Of a DNA stretch of 64,000 nt, positions 18,846 through 28,462 are shown piece after piece; positions within the stretch are counted from its first letter, which is position 1; every line of letters begins with the position of its first letter. The DNA comes from Thermoplasmatota archaeon (GTDB lineage Archaea; Thermoplasmatota; Penumbrarchaeia; Penumbrarchaeales; Penumbrarchaeaceae). Location of the stretch: positions 355 through 64,354 of the forward strand of contig JAWOCK010000038.1 of the NCBI GenBank assembly GCA_046483845.1, written 5' to 3'. The position numbers and the translations under genes are program-made. The notes under the pieces were generated by a model. That model was not told the origin of the DNA. It worked only from the letters and a program-made list of their open reading frames with translations, and did no database searches.

Positions 18846-19832
18846 ATGAAGGGGCCGGAAGAAGACGATAAGTTGGAATTACTGGGATCCATTGACACCA
18901 ACCCTAGCTATGGCCATTACCCGGATGCAAGGCCGTTGGAGCTTCTTCTGGACACAGGCATGATAGTGCTGGACAAACCCAACGGCCCCACAAGTCACCA
19001 GGTGGTATCCTGGATCAAGAATATCCTGGAAATTGAAAAGGCGGGACACCACGGAACGCTGGACCCCAACACCACCGGCGTCCTTCCTGTGGCACTGGGG
19101 AAAGCAGTAAGAATGCTGGACCTCACCCTGGAGGAGGGAAAGGAATACGCCGCTTTGATGCATCTCCACAGAAAGGTTCCCAAGGAGAACCTCCAGGCTG
19201 TCCTATCCGATTTCACCGGCAGGATCTATCAGATGGTCCCCGTGAGGTCCGCGGTAAAGCGCAGGCTAAGGGAGAGGACCATCGAGTACATGAAGGTCCT
19301 GGACCGGAAGGAGAACGACGTCCTTCTGCTCATCGGGTGTGAATCGGGGACATATATCAGAACGCTCATCCACGATATGGGCGAGGTGCTGGGAGTCGGG
19401 GCCAACATGATAGAGCTGAGAAGGACCAGGTCAGGCAGCCTGGAGCACAACGAATGTGTTACCCTTCAGCAGGTGAAGGATGCATGGGTCCATTACCAGG
19501 AGACCGGCTCGGAGGACTTGTTGAGGAAGGTGATCATACCTTCGGAGAACCTGCTCAGGAGGATACCTAAGATATACGTCAAGGACTCCACGGTGGATGC
19601 GGTATGTCACGGGGCGCCTCTGGGGAAGCCGGGCATCTCTGCGGTGGACAGAACCATTTGCAAAGGATGCACCGTTGCGGTGCTCAGCCTCAAAGGAGAA
19701 GCGGTTGCTGTTGGCAAGGCCATGATGGACTTCAAGGAGATGATCTCCGGGGGGAGGGGTATGTCGGTGAAGGTGGACCGGGTCATCATGGAGCCGGGAA
19801 CATATCCAAGAGCATGGAAGAAGAGATCATAG
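18846..19832 (+). CDS. truB: tRNA pseudouridine(55) synthase Cbf5/TruB with a C-terminal PUA domain.
   Basis: GMIVLDKPNGPTSHQVVSWIK and the catalytic GHHGTLDPNTTGVLPVALG are present. A C-terminal PUA-like region follows. Confidence 0.9.
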   Translation: MKGPEEDDKLELLGSIDTNPSYGHYPDARPLELLLDTGMIVLDKPNGPTSHQVVSWIKNILEIEKAGHHGTLDPNTTGVLPVALGKAVRMLDLTLEEGKEYAALMHLHRKVPKENLQAVLSDFTGRIYQMVPVRSAVKRRLRERTIEYMKVLDRKENDVLLLIGCESGTYIRTLIHDMGEVLGVGANMIELRRTRSGSLEHNECVTLQQVKDAWVHYQETGSEDLLRKVIIPSENLLRRIPKIYVKDSTVDAVCHGAPLGKPGISAVDRTICKGCTVAVLSLKGEAVAVGKAMMDFKEMISGGRGMSVKVDRVIMEPGTYPRAWKKRS

Positions 19833-20011
19833 GATCCCTGTATCATTTTCACACCGGTCAGGCAAATTTTAAATATAGGTGTCATCTTAGTTTCATTCAC
19901 CTTTTATATGCCAGGAACGATGAGGTACATGAGGCATGCGATCCGGGAACCGGATAAGGTAATATACCGGTCCTGCGTTTCACGGCCATATCAAAAAAGA
20001 GGTGGAACCAA

Positions 20012-20944
20012 ATGATCTGGAAAACCAAGGCCGCCAGGGCGTCGACCTTCATGATGATGATCCTCGTACTGGGGAGTATGTTCGTCTTCATCCCCAAGGA
20101 GGATGAAGAGGTCGAGGCCGTTGGCGCTCCAGCGATCACGATACAGCTTGCACAGCCAAAACAGACAGCATATGTGGCTCCGGGACAGGACGGAATAGTG
20201 ACCTTCTCGGGAACCGTCTTTGCCCAGATACCCTATTCACCCAACGTCCAGTATCTGGTTATCCACCTGCAGGCAGATGCCGGCGGATGGGCGGTTTCGG
20301 TGCCACCGGCACTCACCTTCTCCAAGGCCCAGAAACAGCAGTCCTTCACCCTTTCGGTCCAGGTACCCATCGAGACATCACAGTCCACCACGGGACAGCT
20401 TTCAGTGTCCGGAAGATGGAGCTACAGCCCGGGTCTGGGCGGTGGGACCATACCCGCTGCAACGGCCATCATATTCGTCAAACAGTATTACCAGTTCTCC
20501 ATCGGATGCGAGAAGCCTTACGTGGAGGTCAACCCGGGACAGTCACTGGGTTTCAAGCTCAGATTGATCAACGAGGGAAATGCCAACGACAGGCTAAGGG
20601 TTGAGATACTCAACCTGGACAAGCTGGCGGACAAGGGCTGGACGATACAGCTCTCCCAGGACAAGTTCGCTGTTCTGGAGAAACAGGAGCAGGTACTGAC
20701 CGTTTCCGTTACCACTCCGGTGGAATGGAACATCTGGAAGAACTCCGTTACCACCATCAGGATCAGGATAGTCTCGGCACAGGCAGAGGGTCTGGGAGAG
20801 GTATCCGACATAGCGGACTATTCTCTCTATGTCAGGGAAAGAGGTTTCTCCGTCCCGGGATTCGAACCGGCCTTTGCCATAATTGCACTGGCAATGATGT
20901 CGGTGCTCTTCGTCGGGATAGCAAAGAGGAAGAGGTCTCGTTAG
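20012..20944 (+). CDS. Secreted cell-surface protein with a PGF-CTERM archaeosortase sorting signal.
   Basis: The N-terminal signal/TM is MIWKTKAARASTFMMMILVLGSMFVF. The C-terminus reads SVPGFEPAFAIIALAMMSVLFVGIAKRKRSR, giving a PGF motif, a TM helix and a basic tail. A T-rich stretch follows the stop. Confidence 0.75.
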   Translation: MIWKTKAARASTFMMMILVLGSMFVFIPKEDEEVEAVGAPAITIQLAQPKQTAYVAPGQDGIVTFSGTVFAQIPYSPNVQYLVIHLQADAGGWAVSVPPALTFSKAQKQQSFTLSVQVPIETSQSTTGQLSVSGRWSYSPGLGGGTIPAATAIIFVKQYYQFSIGCEKPYVEVNPGQSLGFKLRLINEGNANDRLRVEILNLDKLADKGWTIQLSQDKFAVLEKQEQVLTVSVTTPVEWNIWKNSVTTIRIRIVSAQAEGLGEVSDIADYSLYVRERGFSVPGFEPAFAIIALAMMSVLFVGIAKRKRSR

Positions 20945-21000
20945 ACCTTTTCCTTTTTTCCTTATTTTTGATTCCTTGAAGATGAATAACAAATAATGCT

Positions 21001-22143
21001 ATGTACAAAAGGGGTGCACCGATGGGGACGAGCCAAGAGATGCTGGGACGGCTTCCCGGTCAGCTGAGAAAAGCGGCCGGGATCGCCATTGGAGATGTTC
21101 TGAAGGTAAAGCAGGGAGAGAGGGTCCTGATAATAACAAATCCTCCCAGGGAAGTCGCCATGATAAGCAAGGCGCTCTATGATTCGGCGCTGGAAAGGGG
21201 GGCGGAGCCCGCACTGATGGTCCAACCGGTGAGATCACAGCTGGACATGGCAGGCGAGGAGGTCCTCGGAGCGCTGAGGACCGACCCGGACGTGGTGATA
21301 TCCATTTCCAGGGAGAAACTGGGAAAGGACCGTCATGCCATCAAGGATCCCATCAGGGTGGAAAAGGAGACCTACGACCATTATTTCAACTATCTCTTGG
21401 GAGAGGACAGGATCAGGAGCTTCTGGTCGCCCTCGGTCAACCTGGATATCTTCCAGAGGACCGTTCCAATAGACTACGAAGCTCTCGGAGATGACTGTTT
21501 TAGGATAAAGAACATCCTGGACAGGGGAGATAATGTCCATATACATGCACCGGGAGGAACAGATATCGACATAGGGATAAGGGGAAGATCGGCCATGTCC
21601 GATGACGGGGACCTCTCGAAACCAGGCTCCGGAGGCAACCTGCCGGCCGGAGAGAGCTTCATATCTCCGGAGCTCAAAGCTTCCCGGGGGAGGATCGTCT
21701 TCGACGGCTCAATAGCATCGGACAGGGGCATTATAATCATCGAGGACCCCATAGAATGCGAGGTCGAGGGAGGCCTTGTCACCAGGATCGAGGGCGGGGA
21801 TGAAGCAAAGGAGCTGAGCGACACCATCTCGAGGGCCCTGGAGACCACCGCAAGGTTCGTGGAGGATGGGAAGCTCCCGGAGGATGAACTGGACCATTAC
21901 ATCACCAACGCACGGAACCTGGGGGAGCTGGGCATCGGTCTGAACCACAACGCCAGGATAGTGGGCAACATGCTGGAGGACGAGAAGGTTTACGGGACAT
22001 GCCATATAGCGATCGGGGCCAACTATGACAACGATGCCAGGGCATTGATACATCTGGACGGTCTGATAAAGACCCCCACCATAATCGTCTCGGGTACAGC
22101 CTTCCAGGAGACAGTGATGCGGGATGGAAAGCTCTTGATCTGA
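21001..22143 (+). CDS. Aminopeptidase, M29 (AmpS/aminopeptidase T-like) family.
   Basis: The length and the element EDEKVYGTCHIAIGANYD match M29 thermophilic metalloprotease. The second ATG at 21022 has a better RBS (AGGGGTG). Confidence 0.65.
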   Translation: MYKRGAPMGTSQEMLGRLPGQLRKAAGIAIGDVLKVKQGERVLIITNPPREVAMISKALYDSALERGAEPALMVQPVRSQLDMAGEEVLGALRTDPDVVISISREKLGKDRHAIKDPIRVEKETYDHYFNYLLGEDRIRSFWSPSVNLDIFQRTVPIDYEALGDDCFRIKNILDRGDNVHIHAPGGTDIDIGIRGRSAMSDDGDLSKPGSGGNLPAGESFISPELKASRGRIVFDGSIASDRGIIIIEDPIECEVEGGLVTRIEGGDEAKELSDTISRALETTARFVEDGKLPEDELDHYITNARNLGELGIGLNHNARIVGNMLEDEKVYGTCHIAIGANYDNDARALIHLDGLIKTPTIIVSGTAFQETVMRDGKLLI

Positions 22144-22217
22144 CAGCTTGGGGCTTCCGTTTTTCATAATAAGTTATAATTACCCTTTCTCCCTACGCCG
22201 ATCGGAAGGAATGACCC

Positions 22218-23489
22218 ATGTCATCCACCGAGGACAAGGAAACCAGCGTATCCGAGATGCCAAGAGACAAGGACATCGATCTCAACGCCGAGTTAGAATC
22301 CCTCAGGGAAGAGATCAAGATACTCAAGGGCCAGCTCAGGTCCAACGAGTACACCACCAATCTGGAGAGGGAGGCCTATAAAAGGGAACTTTCCGGTGCC
22401 TACGATGAGGTCAACATGCTCAGGAGGGAGCGGAACCTCCTCAAAAAGCAGATGGAAGAGATAATGAAACCGCCCATGCTGGTGGGCGAGGTCCTTGAGG
22501 TAATGGACAGCGGAGAGATCATAGTGAAGAACGGGACCGGGCAGACCTTCATCACCACGAGGTCCAACGATATCACCACAGAGAACCTGGAGCTCGGTTC
22601 CAGGGTGGGACTGGACCGGAACAACCTGGTTGTCATGAGGACCCTGACCAAGGGCAAGGACCCAATAATCATGGGGTCCGAGCTGATAGAGAGACCGGAT
22701 GTTGACTACTCCATGATCGGCGGTCTTGACGGACCCATCGAGGAGGTCAGGGAGACAGTGGAGCTGCCCCTCACGAATCCCAGGGTATTCAGGAAGATCG
22801 GTATCAAGCCCCCCAGCGGAGTCCTTCTGGAGGGGCCTCCGGGGACAGGCAAGACATTGCTGGCAAAGGCCGTGGCAAACTCTGCCCAGTGTACATTCAT
22901 CCGGATAGTCGCATCCGAGCTGGTCCAGAAGTTCATCGGTGAAGGAGGGAGACTTGTCAGGGAGCTTTTCCAGATGGCCCGGGAGAAGAAACCATGCATC
23001 ATATTCATCGACGAACTGGACGCCATCGGTGCCAAGAGGCTCGGCATGGACACCACCGGCGACAGGGAGGTCCAGAGGACACTCATGCAGCTTCTGGCAG
23101 AGATGGACGGTTTCCAACCCCTGGATGAGATCGGGATAATCGCCGCCACCAACAGGAAGGATATCATCGACGAGGCGCTGCTCAGACCGGGCAGGTTCGA
23201 CAGGATCATCAAGGTACCCATGCCGGACAAGGAGGGAAGGGAGAAGATACTCGGCATCCATACCAAAGACATGAAGCTGGCAAAGGGTGTCGACCTCGGC
23301 AGGATCGCGGACCGTACCGAGGACATGACCGGTGCAGATCTCCGGAACCTCTGCACCGAGGCGGGCATGTTCGCAATTAGAAGAAAACATGCTTCGGTGA
23401 GGAATGAGGACATGGAGGATGCGCTTCAGAAGATAAATGAGAGAATGGAGGAGCAGGAAAGGAACGCTCCCAGCCAGATGTTCACCTGA
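22218..23489 (+). CDS. pan: Proteasome-activating nucleotidase PAN (AAA+ ATPase).
   Basis: An N-terminal coiled coil precedes an OB domain. Walker A is GPPGTGKTLLAKAVAN and Walker B is IIFIDELDAIG. The product is 423 aa. Confidence 0.9.
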   Translation: MSSTEDKETSVSEMPRDKDIDLNAELESLREEIKILKGQLRSNEYTTNLEREAYKRELSGAYDEVNMLRRERNLLKKQMEEIMKPPMLVGEVLEVMDSGEIIVKNGTGQTFITTRSNDITTENLELGSRVGLDRNNLVVMRTLTKGKDPIIMGSELIERPDVDYSMIGGLDGPIEEVRETVELPLTNPRVFRKIGIKPPSGVLLEGPPGTGKTLLAKAVANSAQCTFIRIVASELVQKFIGEGGRLVRELFQMAREKKPCIIFIDELDAIGAKRLGMDTTGDREVQRTLMQLLAEMDGFQPLDEIGIIAATNRKDIIDEALLRPGRFDRIIKVPMPDKEGREKILGIHTKDMKLAKGVDLGRIADRTEDMTGADLRNLCTEAGMFAIRRKHASVRNEDMEDALQKINERMEEQERNAPSQMFT

Positions 23490-23492
23490 TCA

Positions 23493-26096
23493 TCACGGAG
23501 CTCGCCGCTCGAATTTCCTGGCCTCTTTCTTCATGCCCTTGTTCTTCAGTATGTCCACGATCTCCCGGATGTACTTTTTGGTGTAGAAGGGAAGGTTCAT
23601 CTTCTCCATGATATCTATGCATCTCTTCATTGCCTTGAGGGCTCTCTTCTCGTCATCAAGCTGCAGATAGTACCTTCCGTAATCCAGATTGATCAAAGCT
23701 ATCTTGAACTGCTCCCCGAGGGTCGAAAATATCTGAAGGGCCTCGTCAAGATAGTCCCTTGCGATGTCGCACTCCTTGTTCCTGATGTAGACATGGGCAG
23801 CCCCGGCAAGGGCATAACCTTTCTGCCTCAGGTCCCCTGCATCCGCTGCAAGCTCAATGGAGTCCTCGAAATTGACTATTGCCTCCTCGAGATCACCCAT
23901 GGAAGAGAGGACCGTCCCGATATTCACCTTGACCCTGGCCATCTCCAGGGCATTGTCCTCCTCCTCCAGGAACATGATGGCCTTGTTGAATTCCTCAATG
24001 GATCTTTCAAGTTTGTCCTGGTTGGTATAGATAATACCCAGACTGGTATGGCTCGAGGCGATAAGCGAGGAGTTCTCGAGCTCCCGGGCGATCTGGAGGG
24101 ATTCCTTCAAATGCTTCTCCGCCTGATCGAACTCGCCCCTGGTGGAATAGAGCTCCCCCAGGGCCTGCAGTGACCTTGCCACCTGTTCCTTGTTGTCAAG
24201 TTTACGGGCGATCCTCAGGGCACGTTTCAATCTCTTTTCAGCGGTCTCCTTGTTGCCCCTCCTGTTCTCTATGGACCCGAGCTTCAGGTTCGCCCTGGCG
24301 CTCACGAGCTCGCGCCCCTGGGCCTCCGCCATGGCCGCGGCCCTCTTCAGGTCGGAGGAAGCCTTGTCCCACCGGCCCATGATCATCTGGACCTCCCCTT
24401 TCAGCAGCCTTCTCATGGCATCGTACTCCTGGGTCTCCTCCGTTATCTCCTTCTCCAGGAGGGTGAGGACCGAGGAGAACTGCTCCACGTAACCCTTGGT
24501 CATTATCCTCTCTCCGTAGGCGGATGCCAGTTTCATGGCCTTTATGACCTGGCCTCCCATCGCCATGTGGTACATCGCCTCCACGGTGGCCCTGTCGGTT
24601 CCGACCTCCATATAGAAATTGGCTGCCTTCGAATGGTATTCTTTCTTCTGCCCGGGGGTCAATCTGTTGTAGAAGAACTCCTTTATGAGGTCGTGCGCCT
24701 CGTACTCGTCGTAGGACGTCTCCATTATGAGGTTAGCATCTATCAGGCGGTCCAGTATGGTGAAGTCCAATCCCTCCTCCGTGAAGAAGGCCTCCGAAGG
24801 GGCAGGGTACCTGTAGACGGAGGCGATCTGCAGCAGCAGGGAGTCCTTCTTGTCCAGCTTCTTGAATATCTCCTCGTAGATGTACCTCTTGATATCCTTC
24901 TGGTCCTCCAGGTCCTCCGTCGACAGGATCAGCTGGAGAAAGAGGGGGTGGCCCTTGGTGATGGAATATACCCTGGAAAAGATGTCATCGTCCATATCCT
25001 CTATATTGAGCAGGCCCCTGCAGCTCTCCTTGTCCAGACCCTCCAGGGTCAGCTCCCTGACCACCTTCTTGAGCAGTACGTCAGATCGATCGTAGAAGGG
25101 GAACACCTGCCTTCCCACCACCAATATCTTCAGTCCGGACATGGAAGGCAGCATCTCCTTTAGATTGGAGAAAAAGTCCACGATCTCATCCTCGGCCCTC
25201 TGGAAATCGTCGAATACCATGAAGGCCTTTGCATCCTTGAAGCTGTTCTCGATCAGTGAATAGAACTCCTTCTTTTCCAGACGGGTGTTGTTATCGAGAT
25301 ATGTCCTGAGGCCAGACCTTCCCATCTGTTCCAAAAACCTTGCGATGGAGAAGAGGACGTTCCTCAGCGAATCCCACCTGTGGAACCGGTACCAGAAGAG
25401 GTGCATCCTGCCCTGGTTCTCCATTATTACCTTCGCTGCGAGCGTGGTCTTCCCTATTCCGGCAATCCCGGTTATGGACATTATCGAGGACCCTTCCTCA
25501 TCAAGCCAATCCCTTATCTGTGAAAGCTCCTGCTCCCTGCCGTAGAACCTCTTGGGAAGCGGAACATCCTGCAGTAAGGAGACGAACCCTTCGGGATTCA
25601 CGTCCTTGGGCCTCTCGAGCTCCCCGGAGAGATAACGCCTTATGGCCTTCTCCTTGAGCAGGTTCTCCTTTCCTACCATGTGGTATAATTCAATGAGGGG
25701 TATGGAGGTGTTCAGGTATGAAGGTACGTCCTTGAGGTATACTCTCTTCAGACTGCCGTCGGAGAGCTCAAGGTAGACCTTGTGTAAGGCCACTGAATCC
25801 CTCACATTCTTGGCGAACTCCATACCTCTCTCGGTCAGGAAGTATGCCTTTCTCTTCCTTGGCAAACCCTTTATTCTCTTCAGTACCTCATATACGAAAT
25901 CCTCTCCCTTCAGCTTCTTCATGGTCCTTGGAATGTTGTCCCGCCGGACCGATACAGCCTCCGCTATGCCGTCCTGCACGACCTCCTTGGGGACCTCGAA
26001 GTCCATTTCCGAGTGCTTCTGCTCGAAGAGGTGTAGAAGTATCCTCTTGTCAACCGTGAGCTTCGGCAGCTCCTGCTCATCTCCGGGAATCTCCAT
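23493..26096 (-). CDS. wHTH-STAND (NB-ARC-like) NTPase with C-terminal TPR repeats; predicted signal-transduction ATPase.
   Basis: An N-terminal winged helix precedes the P-loop SITGIAGIGKTTLAA. Walker B is KAFMVFDDFQ. A GxP-like ITKGHPLFLQ follows. The C-terminal ~350 aa are TPR-like helical repeats (LGELYSTRGEFDQAEKHLKESLQIAREL and others). Confidence 0.75.
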   Translation of the reverse strand: MEIPGDEQELPKLTVDKRILLHLFEQKHSEMDFEVPKEVVQDGIAEAVSVRRDNIPRTMKKLKGEDFVYEVLKRIKGLPRKRKAYFLTERGMEFAKNVRDSVALHKVYLELSDGSLKRVYLKDVPSYLNTSIPLIELYHMVGKENLLKEKAIRRYLSGELERPKDVNPEGFVSLLQDVPLPKRFYGREQELSQIRDWLDEEGSSIMSITGIAGIGKTTLAAKVIMENQGRMHLFWYRFHRWDSLRNVLFSIARFLEQMGRSGLRTYLDNNTRLEKKEFYSLIENSFKDAKAFMVFDDFQRAEDEIVDFFSNLKEMLPSMSGLKILVVGRQVFPFYDRSDVLLKKVVRELTLEGLDKESCRGLLNIEDMDDDIFSRVYSITKGHPLFLQLILSTEDLEDQKDIKRYIYEEIFKKLDKKDSLLLQIASVYRYPAPSEAFFTEEGLDFTILDRLIDANLIMETSYDEYEAHDLIKEFFYNRLTPGQKKEYHSKAANFYMEVGTDRATVEAMYHMAMGGQVIKAMKLASAYGERIMTKGYVEQFSSVLTLLEKEITEETQEYDAMRRLLKGEVQMIMGRWDKASSDLKRAAAMAEAQGRELVSARANLKLGSIENRRGNKETAEKRLKRALRIARKLDNKEQVARSLQALGELYSTRGEFDQAEKHLKESLQIARELENSSLIASSHTSLGIIYTNQDKLERSIEEFNKAIMFLEEEDNALEMARVKVNIGTVLSSMGDLEEAIVNFEDSIELAADAGDLRQKGYALAGAAHVYIRNKECDIARDYLDEALQIFSTLGEQFKIALINLDYGRYYLQLDDEKRALKAMKRCIDIMEKMNLPFYTKKYIREIVDILKNKGMKKEARKFERRAP

Positions 26097-26755
26097 CAGA
26101 CCACCACCGTTCCAAGGACCTCCTGCAGCTGGTTCCTGGTCCTCTGTTTCACCGCTTTGTATGCCACAGGGACCAGTACCGACATCCCGTCCTTCATGCA
26201 GAGCTCCTTTACCATGTTCAGGAACCTGATGCTCCTCTCCGGACCGTTTGCGGAGATGACCATCTCGAAATCCTCGAAGACAACTATGTCGGACCCTTCC
26301 CTGCTGGACCCTGCCGTTTTCACCTCGTCAAGGACCCCGGAGAGGTTCGTGGGATTGATCACGGATACCCCCCGCTGCGGTTCATGGGCCGTGGACCTGT
26401 CCAGATAGATCATCCTTTCCAGTCCGGGATAGGCTTTTCTGATGGTATCCGGGGTCCGCGAAGAGACGACCATCACGTTCTTTCCATTTTTCATCTCACG
26501 CTTAACGGGGACCCTCCATGGTCTTCCTTTGTTGGTGTACATCACCACAAGGAGGTCCGAAGCGGGTATTATCGGGTCAATGTTCTTCTTCTCCTTGCTC
26601 TTCGTGTTGGCGGCTTCCCTCTCGCCGATTGTCCTGGAAAGGTCCTCGATATCCGCAACTTTCTTTCTGTGGGAATTGATCCGGTAAATGGTCCAGGCCA
26701 TGATGATAACAAGGCCCAAAGCGGAAAAGATCAGTATCATGGTTGCCGGTTCCAA
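26096..26755 (-). CDS. DUF835-like membrane-anchored protein with a degenerate RecA/KaiC-like fold, translationally coupled to the STAND-TPR gene.
   Basis: An N-terminal TM helix (ILIFSALGLVIIMAWTIY) is followed by a ~170-aa domain with a Walker-B-like DIVVFEDFE but no P-loop. The stop and the next start overlap as TGATG. Confidence 0.55.
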   Translation of the reverse strand: MEPATMILIFSALGLVIIMAWTIYRINSHRKKVADIEDLSRTIGEREAANTKSKEKKNIDPIIPASDLLVVMYTNKGRPWRVPVKREMKNGKNVMVVSSRTPDTIRKAYPGLERMIYLDRSTAHEPQRGVSVINPTNLSGVLDEVKTAGSSREGSDIVVFEDFEMVISANGPERSIRFLNMVKELCMKDGMSVLVPVAYKAVKQRTRNQLQEVLGTVVV

Positions 26756-26895
26756 TTCGACCGCTCCTTCTTGGGGATTAACAATCTATCCATATATTTA
26801 AAATTCCTCTGAAGTGTTCTTCGGACCACACCAAACATTAAATACGAACATGACTTCAAACGACCCTTGCCAACGCCTGGACAAGGTGCCCTGAA

Positions 26896-28023
26896 ATGAA
26901 GGATAACAAACCCAAGGTGCTAGTAGGGTCCCCGGTCTACCTTCCCAGACAGGGGGGCGCATCCACCTATTTCTCCAACCTGATGAACAGGCTGAAGGAC
27001 AGGGTGGATTTCATCGTCTACACCTGCCGTGACCCCAATGCTCCGGTGAAGGAGGAAGAGGACGGTATCAGGATACTCAGAATGCAGCCTTTCCTTCTGG
27101 ACCATCCCAAACCGTTGAGATACCTCGTTCTACCCCCGGTTACCCTCTTCCAGCTCTTCGGGTTGAGGATGAAGCACGGAAAGTTCATCATCCACGCGCA
27201 TGCCTGCGGTGCCTACGGTTACATCATCTCCTTCTTCTCCAGGATGGTCGGACAGGAGATGATCAAGGAGGTGCAGGACATGTCCGATCCCGCCTACAAT
27301 ATCAAGATGGGGGCGGTGACCAGGTACGTATCCACGGGTACCTCCATCCGGGACCAGCTCATATCCTTCGGTGTGGACCCGGACAAGATAATCACCTATC
27401 CCTCCCTGAACCCGGAGATACCCGAGGAGGTCAAAAAGGACATCAGGGTCAAACCGCACCAGCACGACGGGAACATAGAGCTGATCTGCATAAGCGCCCT
27501 GAGGCCATACAAAGGGGTTGATCATCTTCTCAGATCGATGAGGATCGTCCAGGAGAGGGATCCCTCCATCAAGCTCACCATAGTCGGGGAGGGTGGCATG
27601 AGGAAGGAGCTGGAGGAATACATGGAAAAGAACGACCTGAGGAACGTTGAACTGCGCGGGTTCGTGGAAGACTACCACGACGTGTTGAGGATGATGGCAG
27701 GTAGCGACATACTTGTGCTCTCCTCGGCATCCGACGAGGGCAACCCGAGGGTGATCCTGGAATCCTTCCAGTTCGAGAGACCGGTGATAGTCACCGCTGC
27801 GGGGGGAACGCCGGAGCTCATAGAGGACGGGAAGAACGGGCTTCTTCTCCCGCCGAGAGAGCCCGAACCTTTCGCGGAGGCCATATTGAAGCTGGCCCAC
27901 GATGGAAAACTCAGAAAGAAGCTTGGAAAGGCAGGAAAGAGATTTCTCGAGAAACTGCCCACCTGGGACGATCTGGCCGATGAGATATACGAGGTCTACA
28001 GGGACATATGGGACCGGATGTGA
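26896..28023 (+). CDS. Glycosyltransferase family 4 (GT-B, Glycos_transf_1).
   Basis: The GT4 element ILVLSSASDEGNPRVILESFQFERPVIVTAAGGTPELIEDGKNGLL is present. An N-terminal GT4 donor-binding half is also present. Confidence 0.85.
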   Translation: MKDNKPKVLVGSPVYLPRQGGASTYFSNLMNRLKDRVDFIVYTCRDPNAPVKEEEDGIRILRMQPFLLDHPKPLRYLVLPPVTLFQLFGLRMKHGKFIIHAHACGAYGYIISFFSRMVGQEMIKEVQDMSDPAYNIKMGAVTRYVSTGTSIRDQLISFGVDPDKIITYPSLNPEIPEEVKKDIRVKPHQHDGNIELICISALRPYKGVDHLLRSMRIVQERDPSIKLTIVGEGGMRKELEEYMEKNDLRNVELRGFVEDYHDVLRMMAGSDILVLSSASDEGNPRVILESFQFERPVIVTAAGGTPELIEDGKNGLLLPPREPEPFAEAILKLAHDGKLRKKLGKAGKRFLEKLPTWDDLADEIYEVYRDIWDRM

Positions 28024-28024
28024 A

Positions 28025-28390
28025 TCACAGCCTTTCCAGTACGCCCTCCCCGGCTGCCCTGAACGCCCTGGAGACTCCACCTACACCCAGTTTCCTTCCG
28101 CCGAATATCCTGGATACCATCAGAACGTGGGACTCCAGGGACTCCCTCTGAAGCAGCTCCAACAGCACCTTTCCGGGATGACCCACCTCTCCATCATCCT
28201 TGTACCTCTCCCGGATATCCCCGTCCTTCCCCTTGAACCTCAGTGCGTAGCAGTGGTGGTTGGCCTTCTTGTAGTCCCTCCGGTGCTTCTTGAGTACATT
28301 CTCCAGTTCGTCAGGGGAGCTCAGTTCATAGACGTGTGCGAAGAAACGCGACCTGTTCTCCGTGAACCTGACCGCTCTCAGTTCCTTCAT
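28025..28390 (-). CDS. IMPACT/YigZ family (UPF0029) N-terminal-domain protein.
   Basis: The sequence RSRFFAHV...HHCYALR...YKDDGEVGHPGKVLLELL...VLMVSRIFGGRKLGVGGVSRAF matches the family. Confidence 0.7.
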   Translation of the reverse strand: MKELRAVRFTENRSRFFAHVYELSSPDELENVLKKHRRDYKKANHHCYALRFKGKDGDIRERYKDDGEVGHPGKVLLELLQRESLESHVLMVSRIFGGRKLGVGGVSRAFRAAGEGVLERL

Positions 28391-28462
28391 GATACCTCAA
28401 TGAAGAGCTCCTATTAAGGTCTCGGGGAACATTCTCCGACGAATAGGTTTATCCATGAAAAG

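Noticed and set aside
22293-23413. 365-aa and 235-aa minus-strand ORFs antisense to the PAN gene
   Set aside because: They are antisense artefacts of a high-GC coding region. The sense strand has clear AAA+ motifs.
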